Positions 1-12,764 of a stretch of DNA of 64,000 bases are shown here, one piece after another. Position 1 is the first letter of the stretch, and the number at the start of each line of letters is the position of its first letter. The notes under the pieces were generated by a model. That model did not search any database and was not told where the DNA came from. It was given only the letters and a program-made list of their open reading frames with translations. This DNA is from Takakia lepidozioides (Eukaryota; Plantae; Bryophyta), in NCBI GenBank assembly GCA_030704615.1, contig CM060732.1, forward strand, positions 558,001 through 622,000. The letters run 5' to 3'. A program made the translations under genes and the position numbers.

Positions 1-299
1 TGCCAACACCAAAATCCATCAAACAACACCTGCAGAGGTCACACAACGAGCAACAGAGGAGGGAGCCATAGTGGTGCAGCAACAGCAGGTGGTGCAAGAG
101 GCACAAAGTCAGCAGCAACAAGACAATAATTCCAATTTGGAATTACTACTCGCACAACAAGTCTTGGATACAACAGCATGGGACACGGGTTTGGAAGAAA
201 CGCCACAGAATGTAATTCTGCAGGCAATGCAAGCGTTGGGTCAAGTAACGGCCTACATGGATAGGGCCAAGGATTACGTAAGCCCGGAGAACCTTAGCA

Positions 300-410
300 T
301 GATCATGGACCACCGTCTGGCAATTCCAAGAACCTCTGAAAGAATTGTTTGGACAATCTTTCTTTCTCAGTTTCACAGGGAATTTGATTCACATCAAATT
401 CCTTGATTCT
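300..410 (-). mobile_element. Fragment of the Ty3/Gypsy internal region (pre-gag extra ORF), same family as 15944-16639
   Basis: 312-405 (accgtctggcaattccaagaacc..gaaagaattgtttggacaatc..cagggaatttgattcac) is near-identical to 16358-16450. Confidence 0.6.
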
Positions 411-540
411 CGCTCACCCGCATCAGCAGACTATGTCTGCCTGCACAATCAAACCCAGTGTGAAAAAATGAAAGACAGGGTCCTCACGACAATGAGTGTA
501 ATGTGAATTCGTAGTAAAATATGGTGAATGTACAGAGAAC

Positions 541-2400
541 TCACTTGTTTATATCATGCATGGCTGTTAGCAGCTGGGTGTAGTTCCCACTGGGATCCAA
601 AACGCATGCCGCAACTGAGTAGTGCCAGTCTTTCTCCTCTTGATGCATATTGGCGATGTACTCCATCCAAGCAAGCAGGCGGTGGTTCCCGTCCCAAACA
701 AAGAACATCTTGATACTGTACACCTGCAACTCGGGACTCCTGGACAGAGACTGTTCGAACTCCAAATTCACTTCCTTCCACCACTCATCCCACTTGCCAA
801 TGATCTCCTTGTCAACCACTTTCTCGTTTCCATTGGAATCACCTACTGAAACATAAAACACTGGGGTTCCAAACACATACCCGTGCACAAAATCTCCCTG
901 GAGTTTCCTGATACCCCCCGTCAAGGCAGGACGAACAGCGGGCATTGAGATCATCCTGCAGCTCGGGTATCATTAGGTTTGCCTCCATAACCATCATGGA
1001 CCGGATTACTTGTTCTGATTTCACCTTGGACCCCGACCTGATCTTGATGGCCATGCCCTTGTAATCCATATCAGTGTCCTGCACTTCTGTCTGGACAGTT
1101 TGCGCCACACCAGGTTCTTTGCCCTTCCTCCTCCTCTTCTGCTCGACACAAGAAACAGGTGAGAAATGCTAGCTTTAGCTTCCAACAGTGAAAACTCCCA
1201 TTCAAATATAGGTTACTTCCAGACTCAGAAATCAGGCTTGCGTCAACGCAAGCCTGATATGGAGGTCTTGCAAGCACCCATATGCAACTCATTCCGAGAG
1301 TGGAAATCATGCAAATGGGGAAGAACCAATGTCTGAGCTCCATTCTTTCGTCAACGCAAGCATGTACCGACTTCGAAACATACTCTTTCATAGTGTTCCT
1401 CCTCTCTTACTCACACATCATGAATCCCATACAAGATCTGCCACTCAGTGGCTTAAGCTACTAATTCTGCGCCTCCACTTCAGGCTTGCATCAACACAAG
1501 CATGATTTGGAGGTCTGAAAAAAGTCATTGTTTTGCTACTTTCATTATGAGAGAGGGCCCTTGCTTCAGTCCAGATAACCAAGTTGATTCAGAAAAATGG
1601 GAAATGTGAAGCCGCTGGAGACCTCCGAAACAGGCTTGCGTCACCGCAAGCCTGGTGCTGCTCTCTCAAACCTGGTATCCTGCACTCTCTTACTTCTCTA
1701 TGCGAACACATCTAATGCAAAAGAGAAAGAGTTTCAGGATTTCGTTGACACAACCTTGGACAGCGCACTCCAAAATAGATGTGAGAAGCATGAACAAACC
1801 TCTACCGGGTTCTCGCCTTGGCCTGTTGGTGCAGATCCGTCCCTTCTGTTGCCCTTCTCCATCGCCGCCACCTGGTTTCGGAGAGACTGCATACGAGCAG
1901 AATGGTTACACCTGAATCAAATGAAAGAGCTTTGTTTCACTTGTAGGAAAATGGTGTAAAGGTCTTCTCACCGCGATGGCTACGGCTTCTTCTTGTGCTT
2001 CTCGCAGTGAATGGAGTGGAGAAGAACTAGATCGCCGGGTACCAACCACCTTAGGGTTCCTGCATCATAGCCCAGCTCGTCCTCGGTCTGGGCTTCGGCG
2101 TCTGCTGCGGCCGCCGTCTGCGTTCCCTTATCCTTGCTCACTTCCTCATTCTTGTCACCAGCCACAAAAACTAACTCTCCCTCTTCCCGATCTTCTCCTC
2201 TACTAAATGCCTCTGCCATTCTTTCGAACTCTCGACCTAACCTCTTCCCCTTCATCCTCTCCTGAGCTTTCCTACGTTGTCTCTCAGTTGTGAAATACAA
2301 AGACTGCCTCCTTCTGCGACGCTTGAACGCACTCTTGTCTGTGCTAAAGCCCTCTAGCTTGCTCGCCACTCCGGACGGTTCGTCACTCTGAAACGTCAAT
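541..2400 (-). pseudogene. 5' exons of ParB/Srx-like + methyltransferase cargo gene, family C (ParB exon ~541-1142)
   Basis: MISMPAVRPALTGGIRKLQGDFVHGY..FYVS..MFFVWDGNHRLLAW is homologous to 36956-37620 and 43880-44320. Upstream exon with RRxSLYFT (1980-2400) resembles 41570-41800. GT-AG junctions. Confidence 0.75.
1231..1758. repeat. Family-C palindrome cluster CAGGCTTGCG-N4-CGCAAGCCTG in the intron upstream of the ParB exon
   Basis: Perfect-arm copies at 1231-1258 (ATCAGGCTTGCG TCAA CGCAAGCCTGAT) and 1631-1654; decayed copies at ~1349, 1481-1504 and 1735-1758. Confidence 0.85.
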
Positions 2401-2933
2401 TCTTTGCAAAAGGTGTACTTGAAGCGGCGATTGGAATTTTGGGATGAATGAAAAACTCGCGCCCGCACCTACTTTACATTGTCAACTTAGGGCACTGTTG
2501 GATTTTTTGTGTGCTCATCTTCATCTACCCTGAAGGCTAGCGGAGGAAATGACATGCGTCCACAGGTGACCGGCCAGGTATCGCAAAAATCGGTGCATGC
2601 AAAGCCTTGGATACCTTCCCGGAGACGTCTTCAATGTAACGGTACTTTCCAACGGTATGTACGCACCAAAATTACAGTGGGCAAATTGACCATTGCAGCT
2701 AGGCCAATAGGTGCTCTGCAGAGCCCATGACTGGCAATGGGCACGACAATCCCTTTGAGACTTTCATGCAGCAATCAGAGCTGAGCCTCATCATCTTTGT
2801 CAGTACATTCCGCCAATCATTTAAGCAGATATTCCGTCCGTGTGGTTTTGTACTGTCTACTTTCGTACTCCACGGTTTTGCAGTGCACATATTCCGACCT
2901 CTGCACTGCAATTTGCATTGCCCCAGTTGTCCA

Positions 2934-5656
2934 ATGGATCCGTACTGCGGACATAGCAAAATTCTATTGTGCGTCCCAATCAAGCCCCTCTGCAAAGTCG
3001 TGGGTGGCAATGGTCTCATTGTTGTGCAGGAGGATGTGCTCTGTAGAAGCTTGGAACTTGAAGTTGGAACTCTTCACGTTGAAAGAGAAGTGTACGATGA
3101 TTCCGGCAAGGTTGACAGCATGTTGATACTGGAGCCAGATATGGTTGGAAGCCGTAGAGAATGGAGAGTTCCGGTGGGCAAGTACCGCGTGCACGAGGAT
3201 CAAAGACGCCTGTCTGCTAGTTCCATCTTGACGCCCGGAACCGCAGCTTTGGTGGCTCCTGCCTTCACACCTGTTCCCTTAAAAAAAAAAAAACCAGCAC
3301 TTCCACAGCATTCGTGGAACTCTCGGAAAGCTCTGATGAGGACATTTCGGAGATCCCTCCACCTCCTATCCCCTGTGCTTATGTGGACCAAGATGTTCAA
3401 GAGATTGCCAGTATCATTCCAAAGTTGCAGTCTCTAAAAGGCTTGCCTAATAGCAGGAGTGATGTGCGTGGGATTGCATGGGGGACCATTCGAATTCAAA
3501 GAGAAAAATGCCTGCCGGCGGAGTTTGATGGTGATGTCCTTTTTGAGTTACCCCCTCCAACCTCGTGTGGTGGTTTGGCTGGTTTGATGCAGGGTATGGA
3601 CAAGAAACACGATGGACACCCTTGGTGCAGGACGAAAACCACCAACATACACAATCCTTATGGTTTGAAGTTTTGGAGATCAGTTTGCATGGGGCATCTG
3701 AGATGTATAAATGCAGATTGCAATGGCCTGAGATTGAGTGGTTGCACAAACAGAACAGAGTGGGAGGGCTATGCAGATAATCCATTCGGAGTGGGTTGTG
3801 CCCCTCCCAGTAGCACTTCATTCATCTGCAGGTTCTGCAAATTGGTCCCAACATGCATTGCCACATGCAAGGCTCGCATGTACTATGTGCTTCATTGAGG
3901 CCCCACCCTTTCTTGAGCTCGTATACATTTCGGGAATCACAATCACTCGGTGTGCAAAGGAGATTGCAGATACAGTATAGAAACCGTCTGAGGACTCCTG
4001 CAGCAGGAAGTCCACAATGCTCCGAATGCTTCGCCTTCAACCATCGCCCTTGCAGCAAGCAAGACGTTCTTGCAAAGACATATTCTTGGGGAACCAGATG
4101 CCACCTCATCAAAGCTGGACTCCTCAAACCTGGAGACTGTGATGGATCATTTCTCAATTTTAAGCAGTCCCAATGTCCGAAACCACATCAACGCACTGCG
4201 AATGGGCCCAGGGAACAGAGGTTTTGTTGATAGCATTCTGGATTTGAAGCGTAGAAGCAAATATGACTTCATTCAGGATAGTGTCTTCCCAGGACAGGGA
4301 TCCATGAAAGTGTACTTGTTCAAAATGTCGACGGTGGGGGAAGGTAGTGGGGTTAGCCTGGTCCAAAGAATGCAGCCCAGAGGAGATCTGGAGAAGTCGT
4401 GGCTGATGTTCGACCATGTCAAACGTGTTAAGGACTAGACAACCATGGCTTGTCATGTGTACAATCCAACTTACCAAAGAGTCATGACTATAGCAGTTTG
4501 CGACATGCAATCCGAGGACACCGAATCTCAAATTCTGATGTGGAAGTCTCTTGTCAACGTGATGACATTGAATGGTATGCTTGATCCAAACTTCAATGGA
4601 TTCATTGCTGACAACGCACAGGCAAACTGGAATGCAGTGAGGTGTGTGTCTGGTTCTGGAGACCCCAAAACCCCTATGGAAGGTAGGGAGCGCACCTGTC
4701 TCTTTCATTGGACGCAGTCCCTTATGAGGCATACAAAGAGTTGCATAAAAGTGGAATTGCAGGACGAGCACATGAGACTCTGCCGCTTGTACAAAGATGC
4801 ATCGACTGAGCATGACGCAAACTCACTGTATCAAACTATCCGAGCATGGTGGTACTCCTCAGATGCAGCAAGCCAGGAAGGTCTCAAAGAGCTTGACGAC
4901 TGGTTTGAGTTTTGGCATTTCCGGTACAGACAATGGGGGGGTTTCATGACAACAGTAAGTTCTGGGACTCTGAGGGTTTTTTTTTCTTCACTTGTCAGGA
5001 GGGATTGATTCATTTGATGCCTGCTGTTGTCCACTACAACTGCACGTCAAACAAGAAGGCTCACTGGAAAAGCTCATTGCTTGCAGAATATGATGCTGGA
5101 GGAAATTGCGGATATGCCCTCCTGCAATCTTTTGGAGACAGTGCATAGTGTTTGGATGAAGCAATCCAGGAAGAACGGACGGGATCTGTACGTTGCAACA
5201 TCTGATGACATGGTCCGCGCGCTATTGCAACATGGCAACGATAGGCCCACAAAAAGGAATGGAAAGGCGGTACGTCAGGTTGAGGCTAGTGCAGACAATG
5301 AGTGCAAGATGGTGTCTGCTAGAACCTTGCAGTGTCGCGTCACCCAAATTGTGAATGTTCCCTTGTCAGGGTATGGGCGGGTGTACACCATGGCGACTTC
5401 TGGATCTGTTGTTCATGACAGGACCTATGAGATTACAATTGGCGATTTCCCTAACTGCACTTGTCCGGCCTTTCAGAACACGCTCTCAAGCTCTCTTGGG
5501 AAGAGAGTGAAATTTGTCCCGTGTAAGCATCTTCACTACATCTACATTCGAAGGATGTTTTGCGATCCTAAACGAGACACGTACATTCACCAATGTACGA
5601 TAGGACCCAGTGATGTTCATACACTGCTACAGAGAGATACTTCGGGTATAAATTGA
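2934..5656 (+). pseudogene. GCM-like Zn-domain / MULE DDE / SWIM transposase, family C (stops, frameshifts, internal deletion)
   Basis: DGHPWCRTKTTNIHN..SVCMGHLRC (GCM/WRKY-like); WLMFDHVKR (D1); FIADNAQAN (D2); CLFH (CxxH); CNLLETVH (E); CTCPAF..CKH (SWIM). In-frame stops at ~3896 and 4436. Confidence 0.85.
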
Positions 5657-6320
5657 GAAGTAGTCGGGATTTGCATTGCAACTCTGCCGGTTTGCCGTCC
5701 TTGTCATTTTTACTCAAACCTAGCTGACTCGGAGTTTGGAGATGGCTACCTTTGCTTAATGGGAACATTTTTTGAATGAGATCAATGTTGTTTTGCAATC
5801 AATATTTGTTTTCAATCTTGTTTTTCAATGCATGTTTGTCTTACAACCACGAGGACTTGTATCTGGCTTAGTTCTGGTTACTGGCAACACTTTCTTGAAT
5901 GAGATCAATCTTGTATTACAGAATTGGCTTATGACTTCACTTTGTATGAGATGAATGTGATTCATGTCATGAATGGCCTTTTACAAGCAATCCTATTTCA
6001 CTCATTCATGCCACATTCATCCAGTCATTATCATCCAACATTCATCCAGCATTCATCCATTTCCCTAAACCCAATCATCCATGCTTACTTTGTCGAGAAG
6101 TTTTTCGTACACATTCGTCCCACATTTTCTGTCATGGAGGTCGGCATCTTCGGTCCCAGCATGGTATGTTAGCCTCCAATAGGCACCGGTTTGCATCCAT
6201 GACAATAGGCCCTGCTTCTTCCACGGTTATACGTTCCACTTCCAATTTGTGCTCACGCTTAAGGGAATCTGCTCACGCTTAGTGCGCTCACGTGAGCGCA
6301 CTCACGCCGCAGCTGCTCTC

Positions 6321-8780
6321 GTTTTTCATGGCTTGGACCGTGCCAGGCGCAAGCTGTGTCTACACACCAAAAATGCAGAAACAATGGCATGCCTCACATC
6401 TCGTTGGATGCCCCTGGTACCTGAACATGTCTGGCGGACTTGTTGACGAATCGGAGAAAGACCTGCACGCGAAAGCGGAGGAGAAGAGAAGGGAAGACGT
6501 GTCCCTGGTGGGCCTGAAAAGGCAAAGGAAGAATCCAGATAGGCAGCTGAGATGGCATAGAAGACGGTGGATGCAGCTGTGCAGGCTCAATAGAAGGGGT
6601 CGAAGAAGAGGACTCGCCAGCAAGGAGCAGCAGTTGTGACACCCAAGAAGATGAAGAAGCAGAAACAGAAAGAGCATGAAGAGGGTGAAGAAGAGGGCTC
6701 TCATGGAGACTTTGCAACCAGCCCACCCCCCGAAACGCAGCCTAAATCCCCTGCGGCCACCATTGTCACAAAAGGGACGAGAACAGGCTCAACAAAGAAG
6801 GCACTCTTCAACCCCCCGGGGGGGCACCATTTCGAGCCGGTGGAAATGAAGAGGCCGAAAGTGGAGCTAGAAAGAGTAGTGCAGTGTGTGAATGAGAGTT
6901 TCTTAGCGGCTTCGGATGGGCGGGCAGCCAAGTTGGCATACATCAGGTCCATGGAGGGGCTAAAAGGGCAGAGCACGGCTGCCGAAGAGCCTTCCGACAC
7001 CCCTGGGTTTCAAAAGATGGTCTCATTATTTGAGAAGGTGTGTGCAGGGAGGGATTGTAGGAGGGGTGGAAAAGTCACCAAGTGGTCTTGCGATATGATC
7101 ATCTTGGATATTCCGGATGGAGAGCCTGTGGAAGGACTGCATGCTGTGCCGTCTTGGAACAGGTACTCCGAGGACTTTTGGAAAAAAAGATTCAGGCTCG
7201 CCCGCATAGTGTTGGACAACAGAGGCTGTGTGGTTGTTCCTGCGAGCAGAGTCAAAAACATAGAGGCAGGAATTGCGAAGTGGACCCGCAAGAGTGTCGT
7301 CCCAATTTTGAAGAAGAAGTGGACGTGCATCAACACATTGGGCCTTCGCACAGAAGGGAAGATGGTAATTACCACATTGGCAATCGTCCTTGCATTTTGT
7401 AAGCTGTTTTGAAATGCGGTGCCGAATTCGAATTCTAATCATTCTCCACTGTGTGTGCAGATGAAGCAGTTTGATGCATACTGCTTTGTGAAGGAGAAGT
7501 TCCTAAACAGGCCATGAAATTGCATTGCGTAAGGGTTTTTCTTGGTCCCACGAGCCTTCACGGCCCGCCATCCCCACGATCTGGTCACCGTGCCCACCCG
7601 TTGTATCTGCACCACGACTTCCAACGGTCACGGTCAACCATCACGACCTGGGCTCGTGGTATCTCGTGATACCGCCCCAACGGTTTGCTTTCCGGAAGGA
7701 TGGATTGTTGGTTGACCCGAACTGCGACCCCATCGATTATGACGTCTTGTTCAACAACGTTGCCATGGAACTCCTCCCTCATAGCCTCACTTCAATGGAT
7801 CCCCTGCGGTATTCACGGACTCGAAGCCCTGCCTTCATCCAGACAATTATGGAGGCATGCACTGACCTGGAGGGCAGAGTGCTGGACCTCATCTGTGGAA
7901 CAGGTATGCATATTTTGGTACTATGTTGTTCTGCAAATTTTCATTATGTTTAGATTCTGCATTTCTCAAGGGCCATGTCAAACATAATGAGTGGATGCCA
8001 TTCTCACAGTTGCCTCACTGTGGGCTGGGCGGTTTTTTGACTGGCACCTCTTTGCCTTCGAGGAGGACACATCCGTGTGTGGATCCCATCTGGAAGGGCT
8101 TCAACGAAATGTGAAGGCTCCCATCGCAGCCATGACTCCTCGGAGGATTCTTCGGACTCGGAGGAAGAGACAGTGGACGTTGATGCTAAGGAGAACTCGG
8201 AATACGAGTGAGTGGAAACATTGTAAGTTTGCAAAGCCTTCTGGGTCATTCTTTCTTCACGTGAATGCCGGATTGTGGTTCTCATTGGTCTGGGGAAGTG
8301 ATTATTATGTGCAGGATTCCAAGATCTACATCGAAACCAGTGGCGCCTACATTTCTTGCCAGGGAGAATGTCCCGTTCTTTGCAACGTCCGACTTCATGA
8401 AGAGCCCAGTGAAGGACTACTCCCTTCCTAGTTATGCAGCTAAGTTTGCAAAGACAGCCATAAGACGATGTGAGAATCCCAGTAAAGTAGAGCTGATTTT
8501 GGAGAGGGCTAGGGAGGACAGAAGGAAGCAAAGAGAGTTGGCTGCAGCTGAGCCAGGTAGACGCGTGTGGAAGTATGTATGTGATTCCACGGAAGAGAGC
8601 GATGCAGACAAGGAGGACGACAACCCAACGGAGGTGAGATGGTTAGTTCCTCAAGGGGAAGATGGGATTTTTGAAAGCCTGGCCAACGACCAGTCCGCTA
8701 GACATAAGAAAGGCAATGAGGGGGTGGAAGGGGAGCAGGACAGGATGAAAATAGTGATGATGATTTCCAAGATGGGTAGA
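6321..8780 (+). pseudogene. 3' half of ParB-methyltransferase cargo gene (beta-class N6A/N4C MTase-like domain), copy B'
   Basis: SCDMIILDIPDG (~7087-7121, motif IV position); RSPAFIQTIMEACTDLEGRVLDLICGTG (motifs X/I); HLFAFEED; acidic C-terminal exon. Homologous to 46238-48004. Confidence 0.75.
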
Positions 8781-8909
8781 ATCTTAAATAACTCTTTGTA
8801 CATTTAAATTTTCTTCCTGAATATATAAAGGTATTTCTTTGCAGTTGAGGTCCCCTCTCCCATGTGCTTCTAAACGACACCATCTCTGAAACCACGTCCT
8901 TCCCAAAAC

Positions 8910-9470
8910 CAAAAATGCGGTGCCGCATTTCTATGTCGGAACGGAAAAACGGAAATGTGGCAACGGTAAATACATCGTTATGGAAATGCGGCACCGCATT
9001 TCCATAACCGGGACACCAACAATTTTTCATTTCCTGTTTTGGACATCAGAAATCGTTGGGCCGAACGGAAATGCGGCACCGCATTCCATTGCGCTAAACG
9101 GAAATGCGGTGCCGCATTTCCATTTTGGAGATGGAAGTTTGTCCAATTCTTGACCCTTGCACGGAAATGTGGCACCGCAGTCCATTGTGCTGGACGGAAA
9201 TGCGGTGCCGCATTCCTTTGTCAAATACGAAATTTCTATGTCGGATATGGAAATGCGGTGCCGCATTTTCAGAACGGACATGGACATGCTTTGCCACATT
9301 TGAAGGTCGAATATGGAAATGCGGTGCCGCATTTCCAATTCGAAGTATGGAAATGCCATGTCAACAAAGGAAATGCGGCACCGCATTTCCGTTGCGACCA
9401 GAACGGCGGAGTTGAAGCTGCCGGACATCAATGCATGGGAACAAAGGAAATGCGGTGCCGCATTTCCGAA
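8910..9470. repeat. Array of ~11 GGAAATGCGG-NN-CCGCATTTCC palindromes
   Basis: Direct reading; irregular 10-60 bp spacers. Confidence 0.95.
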
Positions 9471-9731
9471 CTTGGGCATGTATATGTTTCCGTTTCTTCA
9501 AAGATGCATTTCCTCATGACTCTGATATCGCTCTTCTTTCGATTGATGTGGAGAGACACATTGTACAAATGAGACCACAAATTCTGAACAGTGGGCCAAT
9601 AACAGCAGCTCATTGAATACAAGGAAACACAATACACAGAAGTGAGGGCACGATGGGTTGTTTTATCGAACACGGTGTCTCACATTAAGCAAGTCCAAAC
9701 AAATCTAAACCCTCCGCCTTCTACATGGGCG

Positions 9732-10406
9732 TCACCAAGTCGACGGAACTTCGATAGCCCTCAATTCAAGCTCATTAGTGACGCGGCACCTCCAGGCAAA
9801 CTGCATTGCGGTCGTTCTGGTGCCCTTGGTGGAGCTGACGATAATGTCATGCCCATCAATGATACCACCATCATACATTGACAGGGTCACTGTGGGCCTC
9901 ATGTGCTCGTGCGATTCGTCTTCGCAACTCAGCCGAATGTCTCCATACACTGGAAAAGCGGAGTGAACTCCACGAATATAGTTTTCCCCGGTGCAGTCCT
10001 CCCTGGTCCACTGGCAACAATTCCAGCGCCAAAGCATGGCCATGTGTGATCTGTCCGGCATCCCATTCCAGTTGGGTATATCGAGGTCAACAATTTGTAG
10101 CACCCATGGACCGCACTGACCCTCGCCCTCACCTCGCTCAAAGCGGTAATAGTTCTCCAAATACTCCATTGCGCGCAATGACTCCCGCTTGACTCCAGAA
10201 GCGTCAGTGAAAACAAAGAGCCAGACAATGATGTCTCCTGATTTGGGTTTGAACATCGCATAATCGTGGCCTTGATAAGGGCAGTCAGTAGGATTGCGGC
10301 GGCAGGGCATCCTTTCAAAAGAGTAGCGGAGTACGCTGAATGACAGTAGCTTGTGGATGGAGGAGGCACCAGCGCGGAGGCAGGAAGTTGTGCAAGGAGA
10401 TGACAA
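9732..10406 (-). CDS. Unknown ~190-aa element-borne protein, paralog 1 (likely start ATG 10310)
   Basis: Open intronless ORF, highly similar to 49241-49942; motifs DYAM..SGDIIVW, RWNCCQWT, YGDIRL, DGGIIDGHDI. Confidence 0.65.
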   Translation of the reverse strand: MSSPCTTSCLRAGASSIHKLLSFSVLRYSFERMPCRRNPTDCPYQGHDYAMFKPKSGDIIVWLFVFTDASGVKRESLRAMEYLENYYRFERGEGEGQCGPWVLQIVDLDIPNWNGMPDRSHMAMLWRWNCCQWTREDCTGENYIRGVHSAFPVYGDIRLSCEDESHEHMRPTVTLSMYDGGIIDGHDIIVSSTKGTRTTAMQFAWRCRVTNELELRAIEVPSTW

Positions 10407-10699
10407 TTTGATTGCAAACGCTGCAATTCCTCACTTACACTCCAACGCACATTTAAATTTCCCCCTTACAGGAACTTGCACGGATGAAGATTGGTTTGCT
10501 CATGAATGTAGCCATTTCAATTTCCTTCCGTGCCATGCAAACTATGGGCTGTTAGTGCCAGGTGGGCCTATAGCCACTCGAGACGACTTCATCCATCTCC
10601 CCTTCGATGTAAATGCGGCGCCGAATTTCCATCCGGGGGGATGGACTTTGGTGGCAGGTGGCCGACTGTTCCCCGTGGATGGGAATGAGTAAGCGGTTC

Positions 10700-11447
10700 A
10701 TCCGCCGCTGGCGTGATGAACACGTTACACAATGATAGGTGGGTAGGTGGGACCCAGTTCCTCCATTATTGGAGCCTGCAGTGCTCTTCCGCTTGTCATC
10801 AGGGGGAAAATCAAAGGGCTTCGTTGCTGTCTACAAGGTCATTGTCATCGACAACACACACGTCCTCCGAGCCTCCTTTGAAGGATGTCGTGCTTGTGGA
10901 ACCACGATGACTGCCCTTATGGAGGCTTCGATTATGCAATGTATACGGCCACATCGGGAGACATCGTTATCTGGCACACAGTTTCCACCTAAGATTGTGG
11001 GGCGAATGTGGAAACATTGACAGCTTTTGAGTATATCCCAGGCCACTACGCCTTTGAGCGGGGTGACGATCTTGGTCTGAGGAGTCCGTGGCTCCTGCAC
11101 ATCCTTGATTCCGGTTTTCCCAGCTACGGCGTGCACCCATGTAGAAGAATGCGCACTGCTATGCTGTTGCGGTGGAACTGCTGCTAGTGGACCTGGGTGG
11201 ACTCCATCGGGGAGACGTATACTCCTGAAGGAGTGCGCTCCTCTTCTCCATTGTATGGGGACATTCGCATTGGTGTGGAGGACGAAAAAGTGAAGCTTTC
11301 CATATTCGATGGTGGTATGATTGAAGGCACGACATTGTGGTGAACATCAACAAGGGCGGTACAACGGCTGCAATCCAATTTACTTGGAGGAGCCCGATGA
11401 CTCATGAGCTAGTTTTCAGAGCAGTCAAAGTTCCGTTGACAATGTGA
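10700..11447 (+). pseudogene. Unknown ~190-aa protein, paralog 2, frameshifted copy
   Basis: Nucleotide homology to the intact ORF at 50103-50939. Confidence 0.65.
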
Positions 11448-11831
11448 CTTGTATTCAGAAGGCATAGGGCTATAGATTTGTTTGCACCATCAGCACAGTA
11501 GACGTGCTTGAAATGCAATTCATGTGGATCAATAAAAACCCCATTGTGCCCTCCTTTTTGTTCTATTCTGCATCCATCGATCTCACAATGCATCATTCGT
11601 CATTTCGTTTCGGATTGGGAGTGGGGGTGGATTTTGGAAGTGGCTGGTAGGCTGTAATGGGCGCCCATTGTACAGAGCAGTACCACCCTACCATTTGCAA
11701 AACATTGCCTTTTAAATTTATGTAATTCTAAGAAACATTGCCCAACCTCCTTCATCGGGAGGTCCTTGTCCCCTATGACCGTGACACCCTAAACCCTATT
11801 CCTGTGGACAATCATTTCTGAAAAAAAATCC

Positions 11832-11912
11832 TGCTCATGGTTTTTCGACACTTACGACTGTGCTCATGGCTCATGCCGCTCATGGCTCATGGCTCATGAA
11901 ATAGCAGCCCCC
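11832..11912. repeat. Family-B terminal inverted repeat with GCTCATG subterminal repeats
   Basis: gctcatggctcatgccgctcatggctcatggctcatgaaatagcagccccc; same terminus at 30494 and 51402 with different flanks. Confidence 0.9.
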
Positions 11913-12230
11913 AACGCGCCAACCAAACCCTGTGCAACATGCTTTCCAAAACAATTCGGGAGCACAAGCGGGACTGGGACACCAAGTTGATTTCAGCGTT
12001 GTGGGCGTTCGCACGACTCATAAGGTAACTACTCAATAACCCCCTTTTCATTGGTCTATGGGGTGGAGTCTATCATGCCAATTGAGACGGAAATCTCGTC
12101 CTTACGACTAGCTATCACCGAGAGACTGGCAACATCAGAGTCATTGAAAGCTAGAGATGTTGGAGGGCTTAGATGAACTTTGGCAAGCGGCAGCGCAACA
12201 CATAGAAGCAGTCCAAAGGCGGCGGGATCA
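11913..12230 (+). pseudogene. Ty3/Gypsy integrase fragment (target of the B' insertion)
   Basis: RANQTLCNMLSKTIREHKRDWDTKLISALWAF, near-identical to 22590-22900. Confidence 0.85.
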
Positions 12231-12760
12231 AGAGCCACACTCCCAAGCCTAGATAGCATCTCTTTTGATACTAGGTTGCAACGAAAACTGGCTCGAGAAG
12301 CCATTAGAAATCAACTGCTAGGGAAAAACCCAGCACTGTGTCCAGAGTCAGACTCAGAGGCTAGAAGCCTAGACAAGATAAAGTGAGAAGGAGAGGACAC
12401 CAAAAGCTCTTCGGACGTCGAGTGTTCACGATTGGTTTCCCCTATATCTAGTCCCCCTTATACACCACCGGCCAGGTCCAGAAGTCCCATCAGTAGTGTC
12501 AACACACATTCCAGAACCTCCTGAGGTACCCATCGTGGTCCCAACAGGTTTACCCCCGCTAACGTTGCCCAAGCATTTGCCTTCGTTCTCCGGGGAAGCT
12601 CATGAAAATCCTGAGTATCATGTAAGAAATTTTATTCAATGTTGCTATTCTAACCAAGTGTTAAACAATGCCTATTGGTTGATATGGTTTCCCACTACCA
12701 TGAGGGGTAGGGCATCTACTTGGTATTGGCAACACGCTCCAGGTATATTCGTTACTTGGC
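12230..12760 (+). pseudogene. Retrotransposon gag fragment
   Basis: LPSFSGEAHENPEYHVRNF..FPTTMRGRASTWY resembles the retrotransposon gag capsid N-terminal region. Confidence 0.7.
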
Positions 12761-12764
12761 AATT

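Larger units (their letters stand above)
430..6320. mobile_element. Mutator-like DNA transposon, family C (left part truncated), inserted into a family-B copy
   Basis: Divergent ParB-like gene (-) and GCM-MULE-SWIM transposase (+). GCTCACG subterminal repeats at 6251-6310. Terminus (rc GAGAGCAGCTGCGGCGTGAG) aligns with the A right end at 61610. Sequence from 6321 resumes the B cargo gene (matches ~45705). Confidence 0.8.
6321..11912. mobile_element. Mutator-like transposon family B, partial copy B' (cargo-side arm)
   Basis: Colinear with 45705-51402. Ends in (GCTCATG)n-AAATAGCAGCCCCC at 11912 and abuts a Gypsy integrase coding sequence. Confidence 0.85.

Noticed and set aside
8698-9616. Many short ORFs rich in KCGAAFP / EMRRRIS / GNAAPHF (also 25000-27900, 41860-42490, 48000-49075, 55285-56200)
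   Set aside because: Translations of the palindrome in all six frames, not proteins
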